The notes below the pieces were generated by a model. The model was not told where the DNA came from. It did no database searches and saw only the letters and a program-made list of their open reading frames with translations. From the human T2T-CHM13v2.0 reference genome, Homo sapiens, in NCBI RefSeq assembly GCF_009914755.1, contig NC_060934.1: DNA of 64,000 nt. The stretch is one strand, 5' to 3'. Of the stretch, positions 24,001-38,468 are shown in pieces. Position numbers and translations under genes: made by a program. Each line of letters opens with the position of its first letter. Positions within the stretch are counted from its first letter, which is position 1.

Positions 24001-27000
24001 GAGTTTAACCTTTCTTTTCATAGAGCAGTTGGGAAACACTCTATTTGTAAAGTCTGCAAGTGGATATTTGGACCTCTTTGAGGCCTTCGTTGGAAACGGG
24101 ATTTCTTCATATAACGCTAGACAGAAGAATTCTCAGTAACTTCTTTGTGTTGTGTGTATTCAACTCACAGAGTTGAACCTTTCTTTAGAGGGAGCAGAGG
24201 TGAAACACTCTTTTTGTGGAATTTGCTAGTGTAGATTTCAAACGCTTCGAAGACAGTGATAGAAAAGGATGTATCTTCGTATTAAAAGTAGACAAAATCA
24301 TTCTCAGAAAACTCTTTGTGATGTGTGTGTTCAACTCACAGAGTTTAACCTTTCTTTAATCGAGCAGTTTGGAAATACACTCTTTGTAAGTCTGCAGGTG
24401 GATATTTGGCCCTCTTTGAGCCCTTCGTTGGAAACGGGATTTCCTCATATAATGCTAGACAGAAGAATTCTCAGTAACTTCTTTGTGTTGTTTGTATTCA
24501 ACACACAGATTTGAACCTTCCTTTAGAGAGAGCAGATTTGAAACACTCTGTTTTTGGAATTTGCAAGTGCAGATTTCAAGCGCTTCTAGGCCTATGGCAG
24601 AAAAGGAAATATCTTCGTATAAAAACTACACAGAATCATTCTCAACAACTACTTTGTGATGTGTGCGTTCAACTCACAGAGTTTAACCTTTCTTTTCATA
24701 GAGCAGTTTGGAAACACTCTGTTTGTAAAGCCTGCAAGTGCTTTTTTGGACTTCATTGAGGCCTTCGTTGGAAACGGGATTTCTTCATATAATGCTAGAC
24801 AGAAGAATTCTCAGTCACTTGTTTGTGTTGTGTGTATTCAAGTCACAGAGTTGAACCTTCCTTTAGACAGAGCAGTTTTGAAAAATTCTTTCTGTGGAGT
24901 TTGCAAGTGGAGATTTCAAGCGATTTGAGGCTAATCTTTGAAATGGAAATATCTTCGTGTAAAAACTACACAGAATCATTCTCAGAAACTGCTTTGTCAT
25001 CTGTGCGTTCAGTTCACAGAGTTTCACCTTTCTCTTCATAGAGCAGTTTGGAAAGACTCTGTCTGTAAAGTCTGCAAGTGATTAGTTAGACCCCTTTGAG
25101 GCCTTCGTTGGAAGCGGGATTTCTCATTTACTGCTAGACAGAAGAATTCTCAGTAAATCCTTTGTGTTGTGTGTATTCAACTCACAGAGTGGAACCTTCC
25201 TTTATTCAGAGCAGTTTTGAAAAACACTTTTTGTGGAATTTGCAAGTGGAGATTTCAAGCGATTTGACGCCAATCTTAGACATGGAAATATCTTCATATT
25301 AAAAGTACACAGAGTCATTCGTAGAAACTAGTTTGTGATGTGTGCCTTCAACTCACAGAGTTTAACCTTTCTTTTCATAGAGCAGTTTGGAAACACTCTA
25401 TTTGTAAAGTCTGCAAGTGGATATTTGGACCTCTTTGAGGCCTTCGTTGGAAACGGGATTTCTTCATACAACGCTAGACAGAAGAATTCTCAGTAACTTC
25501 TTTGTGCTGTGTGTATTCAACTCACAGAGTTGAACCTTTCTTTAGAGAGAGCAGAGTTGAAACACTCTGTTTTTGGAATTTGCAACTGCAGATTTCAAGC
25601 GATTCTAGGCCTATGGCAGAAAAGGAAATATCTTCGTATAAAAACTACACAGAATCATTCTCAACAACTACTTTGTGATGTGTGCGTTCAACTCACAGAG
25701 TTTAACCTTTCTTTTCATAGAGCAGTTTGGAAACACTCTGTTTGTAAAGCCTGCAAGTGCTTTTTTGGACTTCATTGAGGCCTTCGTTGGAAACGGGATT
25801 TCTTCATATAATGCTAGACAGAAGAATTCTCAGTCACTTCTTTGTGTTGTGTGTATTCAAGTCACAGAGTTGAACCTTCCTTTAGACAGAGCAGTTTTGA
25901 AAAATTCTTTCTGTGGAGTTTGCAGGTGGAGATTTCAAGCGATTTGAGGCTAATCTTTGAAATGGAAATATCTTCGTGTAAAAACTACACAGAATCATTC
26001 TCAGAAACTGCTTTGTCATCTGTGCGTTCAGTTCACAGAGTTTCACCTTTCTCTTCATAGAGCAGTTTGGAAAGACTCTGTCTGTAAAGTCTGCAAGTGA
26101 TTAGTTAGACCCCTTTGAGGCCTTCGTTGGAAGCGGGATTTCTCATTTACTGCTAGACAGAAGAATTCTCAGTAAATCCTTTGTGTTGTGTGTATTCAAC
26201 TCACAGAGTGGAACCTTCCTTTATTCAGAGCAGTTTTGAGAAACACTTTTTGTGGAATTTGCAAGTGGAGATTTCAAGCGATTTGACGCCAATCTTAGAC
26301 ATGGAAATATCTTCATATTAAAAGTACACAGAGTCATTCGTAGAAACTAGTTTGTGATGTGTGCCTTCAACTCACAGAGTTTAACCTTTCTTTTCATAGA
26401 GCAGTTTGGAAACACTCTATTTGTAAAGTCTGCAAGTGGATATTTGGACCTCTTTGAGGCCTTCGTTGGAAACGGGATTTCTTCATACAACGCTAGACAG
26501 AAGAATTCTCAGTAACTTCTTTGTGTTGTGTGTATTCAACTCACAGAGTTGAACCTTTCTTTAGAGAGAGCAGAGTTGAAACACTCTGTTTTTGGAATTT
26601 GCAACTGCAGATTTCAAGCGATTCTAGGCCTATGGCAGAAAAGGAAATATCTTCGTATAAAAACTACACAGAATCATTCTCAACAACTACTTTGTGATGT
26701 GTGCGTTCAACTCACAGAGTTTAACCTTTCTTTTCATAGAGCAGTTTGGAAACACTCTGTTTGTAAAGCCTGCAAGTGCTTTTTTGGACTTCATTGAGGC
26801 CTTCGTTGGAAACGGGATTTCTTCATATAATGCTAGACAGAAGAATTCTCAGTCACTTCTTTGTGTTGTGTGTATTCAAGTCACAGAGTTGAACCTTCCT
26901 TTAGACAGAGCAGTTTTGAAAAATTCTTTCTGTGGAGTTTGCAAGTGGAGATTTCAAGCGATTTGAGGCTAATCTTTGAAATGGAAATATCTTCGTGTAA

Positions 27001-28195
27001 AAACTACACAGAATCATTCTCAGAAACTGCTTTGTCATCTGTGCGTTCAGTTCACAGAGTTTCACCTTTCTCTTCATAGAGCAGTTTGGAAAGACTCTGT
27101 AAAGTCTGCAAGTGATTAGTTAGACCCCTTTGAGGCCTTCGTTGGAAGCGGGATTTCTCATTTACTGCTAGACAGAAGAATTCTCAGTAAATCCTTTGTG
27201 TTGTGTGTATTCAACTCACAGAGTGGAACCTTCCTTTATTCAGAGCAGTTTTGAAACACTCTTTTTGTGGAATTTGCAAGTGGAGATTTCAAGCGATTTG
27301 ACGCCAATCTTAGACATGGAAATATCTTCATATTAAAAGTACACAGAGTCATTCGTAGAAACTAGTTTGTGATGTGTGCCTTCAACTCACAGAGTTTAAC
27401 CTTTCTTTTCATAGAGCAGTTGGGAAACACTCTATTTGTAAAGTCTGCAAGTGGATATTTGGACCTCTTTGAGGCCTTCGTTGGAAACGGGATTTCTTCA
27501 TATAACGCTAGACAGAAGAATTCTCAGTAACTTCTTTGTGTTGTGTGTATTCAACTCACAGAGTTGAACCTTTCTTTAGAGGGAGCAGAGGTGAAACACT
27601 CTTTTTGTGGAATTTGCTAGTGTAGATTTCAAACGCTTCGAAGACAGCGATAGAAAAGGATATATCTTCGTATTAAAAGTAGACAAAATCATTCTCAGAA
27701 AACTCTTTGTGATGTGTGTGTTCAACTCACAGAGTTTAACCTTTCTTTAATCGAGCAGTTTGGAAATACACTCTTTGTAAGTCTGCAGGTGGATATTTGG
27801 CCCTCTTTGAGCCCTTCGTTGGAAACGGGATTTCCTCATATAATGCTAGACAGAAGAATTCTCAGTAACTTCTTTGTGTTGTTTGTATTCAACACACAGA
27901 TTTGAACCTTCCTTTAGAGAGAGCAGATTTGAAACACTCTGTTTTTGGAATTTGCAAGTGCAGATTTCAAGCGCTTCTAGGCCTATGGCAGAAAAGGAAA
28001 TATCTTCGTATAAAAACTACACAGAATCATTCTCAACAACTACTTTGTGATGTGTGCGTTCAACTCACAGAGTTTAACCTTTCTTTTCATAGAGCAGTTT
28101 GGAAACACTCTGTTTGTAAAGCCTGCAAGTGCTTTTTTGGACTTCATTGAGGCCTTCGTTGGAAACGGGATTTCTTCATATAATGCTAGACAGAA
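18023..28195 (+). repeat. Three tandem 20-mer super-units (6+6+8 with a 4-bp deletion; 3391 bp)
   Basis: Anchors at 18041, 21432, 24823 and 28214 are 3391 bp apart. Shared markers: C at 18725/22116/25507, G at 19143/22534/25925, G at 19458/22849/26240, and a CTGT deletion after 20318/23709/27100. Confidence 0.92.
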
Positions 28196-31100
28196 GAATT
28201 CTCAGTCACTTCTTTGTGTTGTGTGTATTCAAGTCACAGAGTTGAACCTTCCTTTAGACAGAGCAGTTTTGAAAAATTCTTTCTGTGGAGTTTGCAAGTG
28301 GAGATTTCAAGCGATTTGAGGCTAATCTTTGAAATGGAAATATCTTCGTGTAAAAACTACACAGAATCATTCTCAGAAACTGCTTTGTCATCTGTGCGTT
28401 CAGTTCACAGAGTTTCACCTTTCTCTTCATAGAGCAGTTTGGAAAGACTCTGTCTGTAAAGTCTGCAAGTGATTAGTTAGACCCCTTTGAGGCCTTCGTT
28501 GGAAGCGGGATTTCTCATTTACTGCTAGACAGAAGAATTCTCAGTAAATCCTTTGTGTTGTGTGTATTCAACTCACAGAGTGGAACCTTCCTTTATTCAG
28601 AGCAGTTTTGAAAAACACTTTTTGTGGAATTTGCAAGTGGAGATTTCAAGCGATTTGACGCCAATCTTAGACATGGAAATATCTTCATATTAAAAGTACA
28701 CAGAGTCATTCGTAGAAACTAGTTTGTGATGTGTGCCTTCAACTCACAGAGTTTAACCTTTCTTTTCATAGAGCAGTTGGGAAACACTCTATTTGTAAAG
28801 TCTGCAAGTGGATATTTGGACCTCTTTGAGGCCTTCGTTGGAAACGGGATTTCTTCATACAACGCTAGACAGAAGAATTCTCAGTAACTTCTTTGTGCTG
28901 TGTGTATTCAACTCACAGAGTTGAACCTTTCTTTAGAGAGAGCAGAGTTGAAACACTCTGTTTTTGGAATTTGCAACTGCAGATTTCAAGCGATTCTAGG
29001 CCTATGGCAGAAAAGGAAATATCTTCGTATAAAAACTACACAGAATCATTCTCAACAACTACTTTGTGATGTGTGCGTTCAACTCACAGAGTTTAACCTT
29101 TCTTTTCATAGAGCAGTTTGGAAACACTCTGTTTGTAAAGCCTGCAAGTGCTTTTTTGGACTTCATTGAGGCCTTCGTTGGAAACGGGATTTCTTCATAT
29201 AATGCTAGACAGAAGAATTCTCAGTCACTTCTTTGTGTTGTGTGTATTCAAGTCACAGAGTTGAACCTTCCTTTAGACAGAGCAGTTTTGAAAAATTCTT
29301 TCTGTGGAGTTTGCAAGTGGAGATTTCAAGCGATTTGAGGCTAATCTTTGAAATGGAAATATCTTCGTGTAAAAACTACACAGAATCATTCTCAGAAACT
29401 GCTTTGTCATCTGTGCGTTCAGTTCACAGAGTTTCACCTTTCTCTTCATAGAGCAGTTTGGAAAGACTCTGTCTGTAAAGTCTGCAAGTGATTAGTTAGA
29501 CCCCTTTGAGGCCTTCGTTGGAAGCGGGATTTCTCATTTACTGCTAGACAGAAGAATTCTCAGTAAATCCTTTGTGTTGTGTGTATTCAACTCACAGAGT
29601 GGAACCTTCCTTTATTCAGAGCAGTTTTGAGAAACACTTTTTGTGGAATTTGCAAGTGGAGATTTCAAGCGATTTGACGCCAATCTTAGACATGGAAATA
29701 TCTTCATATTAAAAGTACACAGAGTCATTCGTAGAAACTAGTTTGTGATGTGTGCCTTCAACTCACAGAGTTTAACCTTTCTTTTCATAGAGCAGTTTGG
29801 AAACACTCTATTTGTAAAGTCTGCAAGTGGATATTTGGACCTCTTTGAGGCCTTCGTTGGAAACGGGATTTCTTCATACAACGCTAGACAGAAGAATTCT
29901 CAGTAACTTCTTTGTGTTGTGTGTATTCAACTCACAGAGTTGAACCTTTCTTTAGAGAGAGCAGAGTTGAAACACTCTGTTTTTGGAATTTGCAACTGCA
30001 GATTTCAAGCGATTCTAGGCCTATGGCAGAAAAGGAAATATCTTCGTATAAAAACTACACAGAATCATTCTCAACAACTACTTTGTGATGTGTGCGTTCA
30101 ACTCACAGAGTTTAACCTTTCTTTTCATAGAGCAGTTTGGAAACACTCTGTTTGTAAAGCCTGCAAGTGCTTTTTTGGACTTCATTGAGGCCTTCGTTGG
30201 AAACGGGATTTCTTCATATAATGCTAGACAGAAGAATTCTCAGTCACTTCTTTGTGTTGTGTGTATTCAAGTCACAGAGTTGAACCTTCCTTTAGACAGA
30301 GCAGTTTTGAAAAATTCTTTCTGTGGAGTTTGCAAGTGGAGATTTCAAGCGATTTGAGGCTAATCTTTGAAATGGAAATATCTTCGTGTAAAAACTACAC
30401 AGAATCATTCTCAGAAACTGCTTTGTCATCTGTGCGTTCAGTTCACAGAGTTTCACCTTTCTCTTCATAGAGCAGTTTGGAAAGACTCTGTCTGTAAAGT
30501 CTGCAAGTGATTAGTTAGACCCCTTTGAGGCCTTCGTTGGAAGCGGGATTTCTCATTTACTGCTAGACAGAAGAATTCTCAGTAAATCCTTTGTGTTGTG
30601 TGTATTCAACTCACAGAGTGGAACCTTCCTTTATTCAGAGCAGTTTTGAAACACTCTTTTTGTGGAATTTGCAAGTGGAGATTTCAAGCGATTTGACGCC
30701 AATCTTAGACATGGAAATATCTTCATATTAAAAGTACACAGAGTCATTCGTAGAAACTAGTTTGTGATGTGTGCCTTCAACTCACAGAGTTTAACCTTTC
30801 TTTTCATAGAGCAGTTGGGAAACACTCTATTTGTAAAGTCTGCAAGTGGATATTTGGACCTCTTTGAGGCCTTCGTTGGAAACGGGATTTCTTCATATAA
30901 CGCTAGACAGAAGAATTCTCAGTAACTTCTTTGTGTTGTGTGTATTCAACTCACAGAGTTGAACCTTTCTTTAGAGGGAGCAGAGGTGAAACACTCTTTT
31001 TGTGGAATTTGCTAGTGTAGATTTCAAACGCTTCGAAGACAGTGATAGAAAAGGATATATCTTCGTATTAAAAGTAGACAAAATCATTCTCAGAAAACTC

Positions 31101-34100
31101 TTTGTGATGTGTGTGTTCAACTCACAGAGTTTAACCTTTCTTTAATCGAGCAGTTTGGAAATACACTCTTTGTAAGTCTGCAGGTGGATATTTGGCCCTC
31201 TTTGAGCCCTTCGTTGGAAACGGGATTTCCTCATATAATGCTAGACAGAAGAATTCTCAGTAACTTCTTTGTGTTGTTTGTATTCAACACACAGATTTGA
31301 ACCTTCCTTTAGAGAGAGCAGATTTGAAACACTCTGTTTTTGGAATTTGCAAGTGCAGATTTCAAGCGCTTCTAGGCCTATGGCAGAAAAGGAAATATCT
31401 TCGTATAAAAACTACACAGAATCATTCTCAACAACTACTTTGTGATGTGTGCGTTCAACTCACAGAGTTTAACCTTTCTTTTCATAGAGCAGTTTGGAAA
31501 CACTCTGTTTGTAAAGCCTGCAAGTGCTTTTTTGGACTTCATTGAGGCCTTCGTTGGAAACGGGATTTCTTCATATAATGCTAGACAGAAGAATTCTCAG
31601 TCACTTCTTTGTGTTGTGTGTATTCAAGTCACAGAGTTGAACCTTCCTTTAGACAGAGCAGTTTTGAAAAATTCTTTCTGTGGAGTTTGCAAGTGGAGAT
31701 TTCAAGCGATTTGAGGCTAATCTTTGAAATGGAAATATCTTCGTGTAAAAACTACACAGAATCATTCTCAGAAACTGCTTTGTCATCTGTGCGTTCAGTT
31801 CACAGAGTTTCACCTTTCTCTTCATAGAGCAGTTTGGAAAGACTCTGTCTGTAAAGTCTGCAAGTGATTAGTTAGACCCCTTTGAGGCCTTCGTTGGAAG
31901 CGGGATTTCTCATTTACTGCTAGACAGAAGAATTCTCAGTAAATCCTTTGTGTTGTGTGTATTCAACTCACAGAGTGGAACCTTCCTTTATTCAGAGCAG
32001 TTTTGAAAAACACTTTTTGTGGAATTTGCAAGTGGAGATTTCAAGCGATTTGACGCCAATCTTAGACATGGAAATATCTTCATATTAAAAGTACACAGAG
32101 TCATTCGTAGAAACTAGTTTGTGATGTGTGCCTTCAACTCACAGAGTTTAACCTTTCTTTTCATAGAGCAGTTGGGAAACACTCTATTTGTAAAGTCTGC
32201 AAGTGGATATTTGGACCTCTTTGAGGCCTTCGTTGGAAACGGGATTTCTTCATATAACGCTAGACAGAAGAATTCTCAGTAACTTCTTTGTGTTGTGTGT
32301 ATTCAACTCACAGAGTTGAACCTTTCTTTAGAGAGAGCAGAGTTGAAACACTCTGTTTTTGGAATTTGCAAGTGCAGATTTCAAGCGATTCTAGGCCTAT
32401 GGCAGAAAAGGAAATATCTTCGTATAAAAACTACACAGAATCATTCTCAACAACTACTTTGTGATGTGTGCGTTCAACTCACAGAGTTTAACCTTTCTTT
32501 TCATAGAGCAGTTTGGAAACACTCTGTTTGTAAAGCCTGCAAGTGCTTTTTTGGACTTCATTGAGGCCTTCGTTGGAAACGGGATTTCTTCATATAATGC
32601 TAGACAGAAGAATTCTCAGTCACTTCTTTGTGTTGTGTGTATTCAAGTCACAGAGTTGAACCTTCCTTTAGACAGAGCAGTTTTGAAAAATTCTTTCTGT
32701 GGAGTTTGCAAGTGGAGATTTCAAGCGATTTGAGGCTAATCTTTGAAATGGAAATATCTTCGTGTAAAAACTACACAGAATCATTCTCAGAAACTGCTTT
32801 GTCATCTGTGCGTTCAGTTCACAGAGTTTCACCTTTCTCTTCATAGAGCAGTTTGGAAAGACTCTGTAAAGTCTGCAAGTGATTAGTTAGACCCCTTTGA
32901 GGCCTTCGTTGGAAGCGGGATTTCTCATTTACTGCTAGACAGAAGAATTCTCAGTAAATCCTTTGTGTTGTGTGTATTCAACTCACAGAGTGGAACCTTC
33001 CTTTATTCAGAGCAGTTTTGAAACACTCTTTTTGTGGAATTTGCAAGTGGAGATTTCAAGCGATTTGACGCCAATCTTAGACATGGAAATATCTTCATAT
33101 TAAAAGTACACAGAGTCATTCGTAGAAACTAGTTTGTGATGTGTGCCTTCAACTCACAGAGTTTAACCTTTCTTTTCATAGAGCAGTTGGGAAACACTCT
33201 ATTTGTAAAGTCTGCAAGTGGATATTTGGACCTCTTTGAGGCCTTCGTTGGAAACGGGATTTCTTCATATAACGCTAGACAGAAGAATTCTCAGTAACTT
33301 CTTTGTGTTGTGTGTATTCAACTCACAGAGTTGAACCTTTCTTTAGAGGGAGCAGAGGTGAAACACTCTTTTTGTGGAATTTGCTAGTGTAGATTTCAAA
33401 CGCTTCGAAGACAGTGATAGAAAAGGATATATCTTCGTATTAAAAGTAGACAAAATCATTCTCAGAAAACTCTTTGTGATGTGTGTGTTCAACTCACAGA
33501 GTTTAACCTTTCTTTAATCGAGCAGTTTGGAAATACACTCTTTGTAAGTCTGCAGGTGGATATTTGGCCCTCTTTGAGCCCTTCGTTGGAAACGGGATTT
33601 CCTCATATAATGCTAGACAGAAGAATTCTCAGTAACTTCTTTGTGTTGTTTGTATTCAACACACAGATTTGAACCTTCCTTTAGAGAGAGCAGATTTGAA
33701 ACACTCTGTTTTTGGAATTTGCAAGTGCAGATTTCAAGCGCTTCTAGGCCTATGGCAGAAAAGGAAATATCTTCGTATAAAAACTACACAGAATCATTCT
33801 CAACAACTACTTTGTGATGTGTGCGTTCAACTCACAGAGTTTAACCTTTCTTTTCATAGAGCAGTTTGGAAACACTCTGTTTGTAAAGCCTGCAAGTGCT
33901 TTTTTGGACTTCATTGAGGCCTTCGTTGGAAACGGGATTTCTTCATATAATGCTAGACAGAAGAATTCTCAGTCACTTCTTTGTGTTGTGTGTATTCAAG
34001 TCACAGAGTTGAACCTTCCTTTAGACAGAGCAGTTTTGAAAAATTCTTTCTGTGGAGTTTGCAAGTGGAGATTTCAAGCGATTTGAGGCTAATCTTTGAA

Positions 34101-37100
34101 ATGGAAATATCTTCGTGTAAAAACTACACAGAATCATTCTCAGAAACTGCTTTGTCATCTGTGCGTTCAGTTCACAGAGTTTCACCTTTCTCTTCATAGA
34201 GCAGTTTGGAAAGACTCTGTCTGTAAAGTCTGCAAGTGATTAGTTAGACCCCTTTGAGGCCTTCGTTGGAAGCGGGATTTCTCATTTACTGCTAGACAGA
34301 AGAATTCTCAGTAAATCCTTTGTGTTGTGTGTATTCAACTCACAGAGTGGAACCTTCCTTTATTCAGAGCAGTTTTGAAAAACACTTTTTGTGGAATTTG
34401 CAAGTGGAGATTTCAAGCGATTTGACGCCAATCTTAGACATGGAAATATCTTCATATTAAAAGTACACAGAGTCATTCGTAGAAACTAGTTTGTGATGTG
34501 TGCCTTCAACTCACAGAGTTTAACCTTTCTTTTCATAGAGCAGTTGGGAAACACTCTATTTGTAAAGTCTGCAAGTGGATATTTGGACCTCTTTGAGGCC
34601 TTCGTTGGAAACGGGATTTCTTCATACAACGCTAGACAGAAGAATTCTCAGTAACTTCTTTGTGCTGTGTGTATTCAACTCACAGAGTTGAACCTTTCTT
34701 TAGAGAGAGCAGAGTTGAAACACTCTGTTTTTGGAATTTGCAACTGCAGATTTCAAGCGATTCTAGGCCTATGGCAGAAAAGGAAATATCTTCGTATAAA
34801 AACTACACAGAATCATTCTCAACAACTACTTTGTGATGTGTGCGTTCAACTCACAGAGTTTAACCTTTCTTTTCATAGAGCAGTTTGGAAACACTCTGTT
34901 TGTAAAGCCTGCAAGTGCTTTTTTGGACTTCATTGAGGCCTTCGTTGGAAACGGGATTTCTTCATATAATGCTAGACAGAAGAATTCTCAGTCACTTCTT
35001 TGTGTTGTGTGTATTCAAGTCACAGAGTTGAACCTTCCTTTAGACAGAGCAGTTTTGAAAAATTCTTTCTGTGGAGTTTGCAAGTGGAGATTTCAAGCGA
35101 TTTGAGGCTAATCTTTGAAATGGAAATATCTTCGTGTAAAAACTACACAGAATCATTCTCAGAAACTGCTTTGTCATCTGTGCGTTCAGTTCACAGAGTT
35201 TCACCTTTCTCTTCATAGAGCAGTTTGGAAAGACTCTGTCTGTAAAGTCTGCAAGTGATTAGTTAGACCCCTTTGAGGCCTTCGTTGGAAGCGGGATTTC
35301 TCATTTACTGCTAGACAGAAGAATTCTCAGTAAATCCTTTGTGTTGTGTGTATTCAACTCACAGAGTGGAACCTTCCTTTATTCAGAGCAGTTTTGAGAA
35401 ACACTTTTTGTGGAATTTGCAAGTGGAGATTTCAAGCGATTTGACGCCAATCTTAGACATGGAAATATCTTCATATTAAAAGTACACAGAGTCATTCGTA
35501 GAAACTAGTTTGTGATGTGTGCCTTCAACTCACAGAGTTTAACCTTTCTTTTCATAGAGCAGTTTGGAAACACTCTATTTGTAAAGTCTGCAAGTGGATA
35601 TTTGGACCTCTTTGAGGCCTTCGTTGGAAACGGGATTTCTTCATACAACGCTAGACAGAAGAATTCTCAGTAACTTCTTTGTGTTGTGTGTATTCAACTC
35701 ACAGAGTTGAACCTTTCTTTAGAGAGAGCAGAGTTGAAACACTCTGTTTTTGGAATTTGCAACTGCAGATTTCAAGCGATTCTAGGCCTATGGCAGAAAA
35801 GGAAATATCTTCGTATAAAAACTACACAGAATCATTCTCAACAACTACTTTGTGATGTGTGCGTTCAACTCACAGAGTTTAACCTTTCTTTTCATAGAGC
35901 AGTTTGGAAACACTCTGTTTGTAAAGCCTGCAAGTGCTTTTTTGGACTTCATTGAGGCCTTCGTTGGAAACGGGATTTCTTCATATAATGCTAGACAGAA
36001 GAATTCTCAGTCACTTCTTTGTGTTGTGTGTATTCAAGTCACAGAGTTGAACCTTCCTTTAGACAGAGCAGTTTTGAAAAATTCTTTCTGTGGAGTTTGC
36101 AAGTGGAGATTTCAAGCGATTTGAGGCTAATCTTTGAAATGGAAATATCTTCGTGTAAAAACTACACAGAATCATTCTCAGAAACTGCTTTGTCATCTGT
36201 GCGTTCAGTTCACAGAGTTTCACCTTTCTCTTCATAGAGCAGTTTGGAAAGACTCTGTCTGTAAAGTCTGCAAGTGATTAGTTAGACCCCTTTGAGGCCT
36301 TCGTTGGAAGCGGGATTTCTCATTTACTGCTAGACAGAAGAATTCTCAGTAAATCCTTTGTGTTGTGTGTATTCAACTCACAGAGTGGAACCTTCCTTTA
36401 TTCAGAGCAGTTTTGAAACACTCTTTTTGTGGAATTTGCAAGTGGAGATTTCAAGCGATTTGACGCCAATCTTAGACATGGAAATATCTTCATATTAAAA
36501 GTACACAGAGTCATTCGTAGAAACTAGTTTGTGATGTGTGCCTTCAACTCACAGAGTTTAACCTTTCTTTTCATAGAGCAGTTGGGAAACACTCTATTTG
36601 TAAAGTCTGCAAGTGGATATTTGGACCTCTTTGAGGCCTTCGTTGGAAACGGGATTTCTTCATATAACGCTAGACAGAAGAATTCTCAGTAACTTCTTTG
36701 TGTTGTGTGTATTCAACTCACAGAGTTGAACCTTTCTTTAGAGGGAGCAGAGGTGAAACACTCTTTTTGTGGAATTTGCTAGTGTAGATTTCAAACGCTT
36801 CGAAGACAGTGATAGAAAAGGATATATCTTCGTATTAAAAGTAGACAAAATCATTCTCAGAAAACTCTTTGTGATGTGTGTGTTCAACTCACAGAGTTTA
36901 ACCTTTCTTTAATCGAGCAGTTTGGAAATACACTCTTTGTAAGTCTGCAGGTGGATATTTGGCCCTCTTTGAGCCCTTCGTTGGAAACGGGATTTCCTCA
37001 TATAATGCTAGACAGAAGAATTCTCAGTAACTTCTTTGTGTTGTTTGTATTCAACACACAGATTTGAACCTTCCTTTAGAGAGAGCAGATTTGAAACACT

Positions 37101-38468
37101 CTGTTTTTGGAATTTGCAAGTGCAGATTTCAAGCGCTTCTAGGCCTATGGCAGAAAAGGAAATATCTTCGTATAAAAACTACACAGAATCATTCTCAACA
37201 ACTACTTTGTGATGTGTGCGTTCAACTCACAGAGTTTAACCTTTCTTTTCATAGAGCAGTTTGGAAACACTCTGTTTGTAAAGCCTGCAAGTGCTTTTTT
37301 GGACTTCATTGAGGCCTTCGTTGGAAACGGGATTTCTTCATATAATGCTAGACAGAAGAATTCTCAGTCACTTCTTTGTGTTGTGTGTATTCAAGTCACA
37401 GAGTTGAACCTTCCTTTAGACAGAGCAGTTTTGAAAAATTCTTTCTGTGGAGTTTGCAAGTGGAGATTTCAAGCGATTTGAGGCTAATCTTTGAAATGGA
37501 AATATCTTCGTGTAAAAACTACACAGAATCATTCTCAGAAACTGCTTTGTCATCTGTGCGTTCAGTTCACAGAGTTTCACCTTTCTCTTCATAGAGCAGT
37601 TTGGAAAGACTCTGTCTGTAAAGTCTGCAAGTGATTAGTTAGACCCCTTTGAGGCCTTCGTTGGAAGCGGGATTTCTCATTTACTGCTAGACAGAAGAAT
37701 TCTCAGTAAATCCTTTGTGTTGTGTGTATTCAACTCACAGAGTGGAACCTTCCTTTATTCAGAGCAGTTTTGAAAAACACTTTTTGTGGAATTTGCAAGT
37801 GGAGATTTCAAGCGATTTGACGCCAATCTTAGACATGGAAATATCTTCATATTAAAAGTACACAGAGTCATTCGTAGAAACTAGTTTGTGATGTGTGCCT
37901 TCAACTCACAGAGTTTAACCTTTCTTTTCATAGAGCAGTTGGGAAACACTCTATTTGTAAAGTCTGCAAGTGGATATTTGGACCTCTTTGAGGCCTTCGT
38001 TGGAAACGGGATTTCTTCATATAACGCTAGACAGAAGAATTCTCAGTAACTTCTTTGTGTTGTGTGTATTCAACTCACAGAGTTGAACCTTTCTTTAGAG
38101 AGAGCAGAGTTGAAACACTCTGTTTTTGGAATTTGCAAGTGCAGATTTCAAGCGATTCTAGGCCTATGGCAGAAAAGGAAATATCTTCGTATAAAAACTA
38201 CACAGAATCATTCTCAACAACTACTTTGTGATGTGTGCGTTCAACTCACAGAGTTTAACCTTTCTTTTCATAGAGCAGTTTGGAAACACTCTGTTTGTAA
38301 AGCCTGCAAGTGCTTTTTTGGACTTCATTGAGGCCTTCGTTGGAAACGGGATTTCTTCATATAATGCTAGACAGAAGAATTCTCAGTCACTTCTTTGTGT
38401 TGTGTGTATTCAAGTCACAGAGTTGAACCTTCCTTTAGACAGAGCAGTTTTGAAAAATTCTTTCTGTG
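26606..38468 (+). repeat. Tandem duplication of a 34-mer (8del+6+6+8+6; 5767 bp)
   Basis: Markers recur at +5767: deletion 27100/32867, C 28898/34665, G 29631/35398, G 32372/38139. The match breaks at 26605 vs 32372 and at 32702 vs 38469. Confidence 0.88.

Noticed and set aside
24269-24514. Unique longer 81-aa ORF with an ATG start
   Set aside because: It is created by a singleton A>G at 24271. There is no evidence of expression or a coding context.
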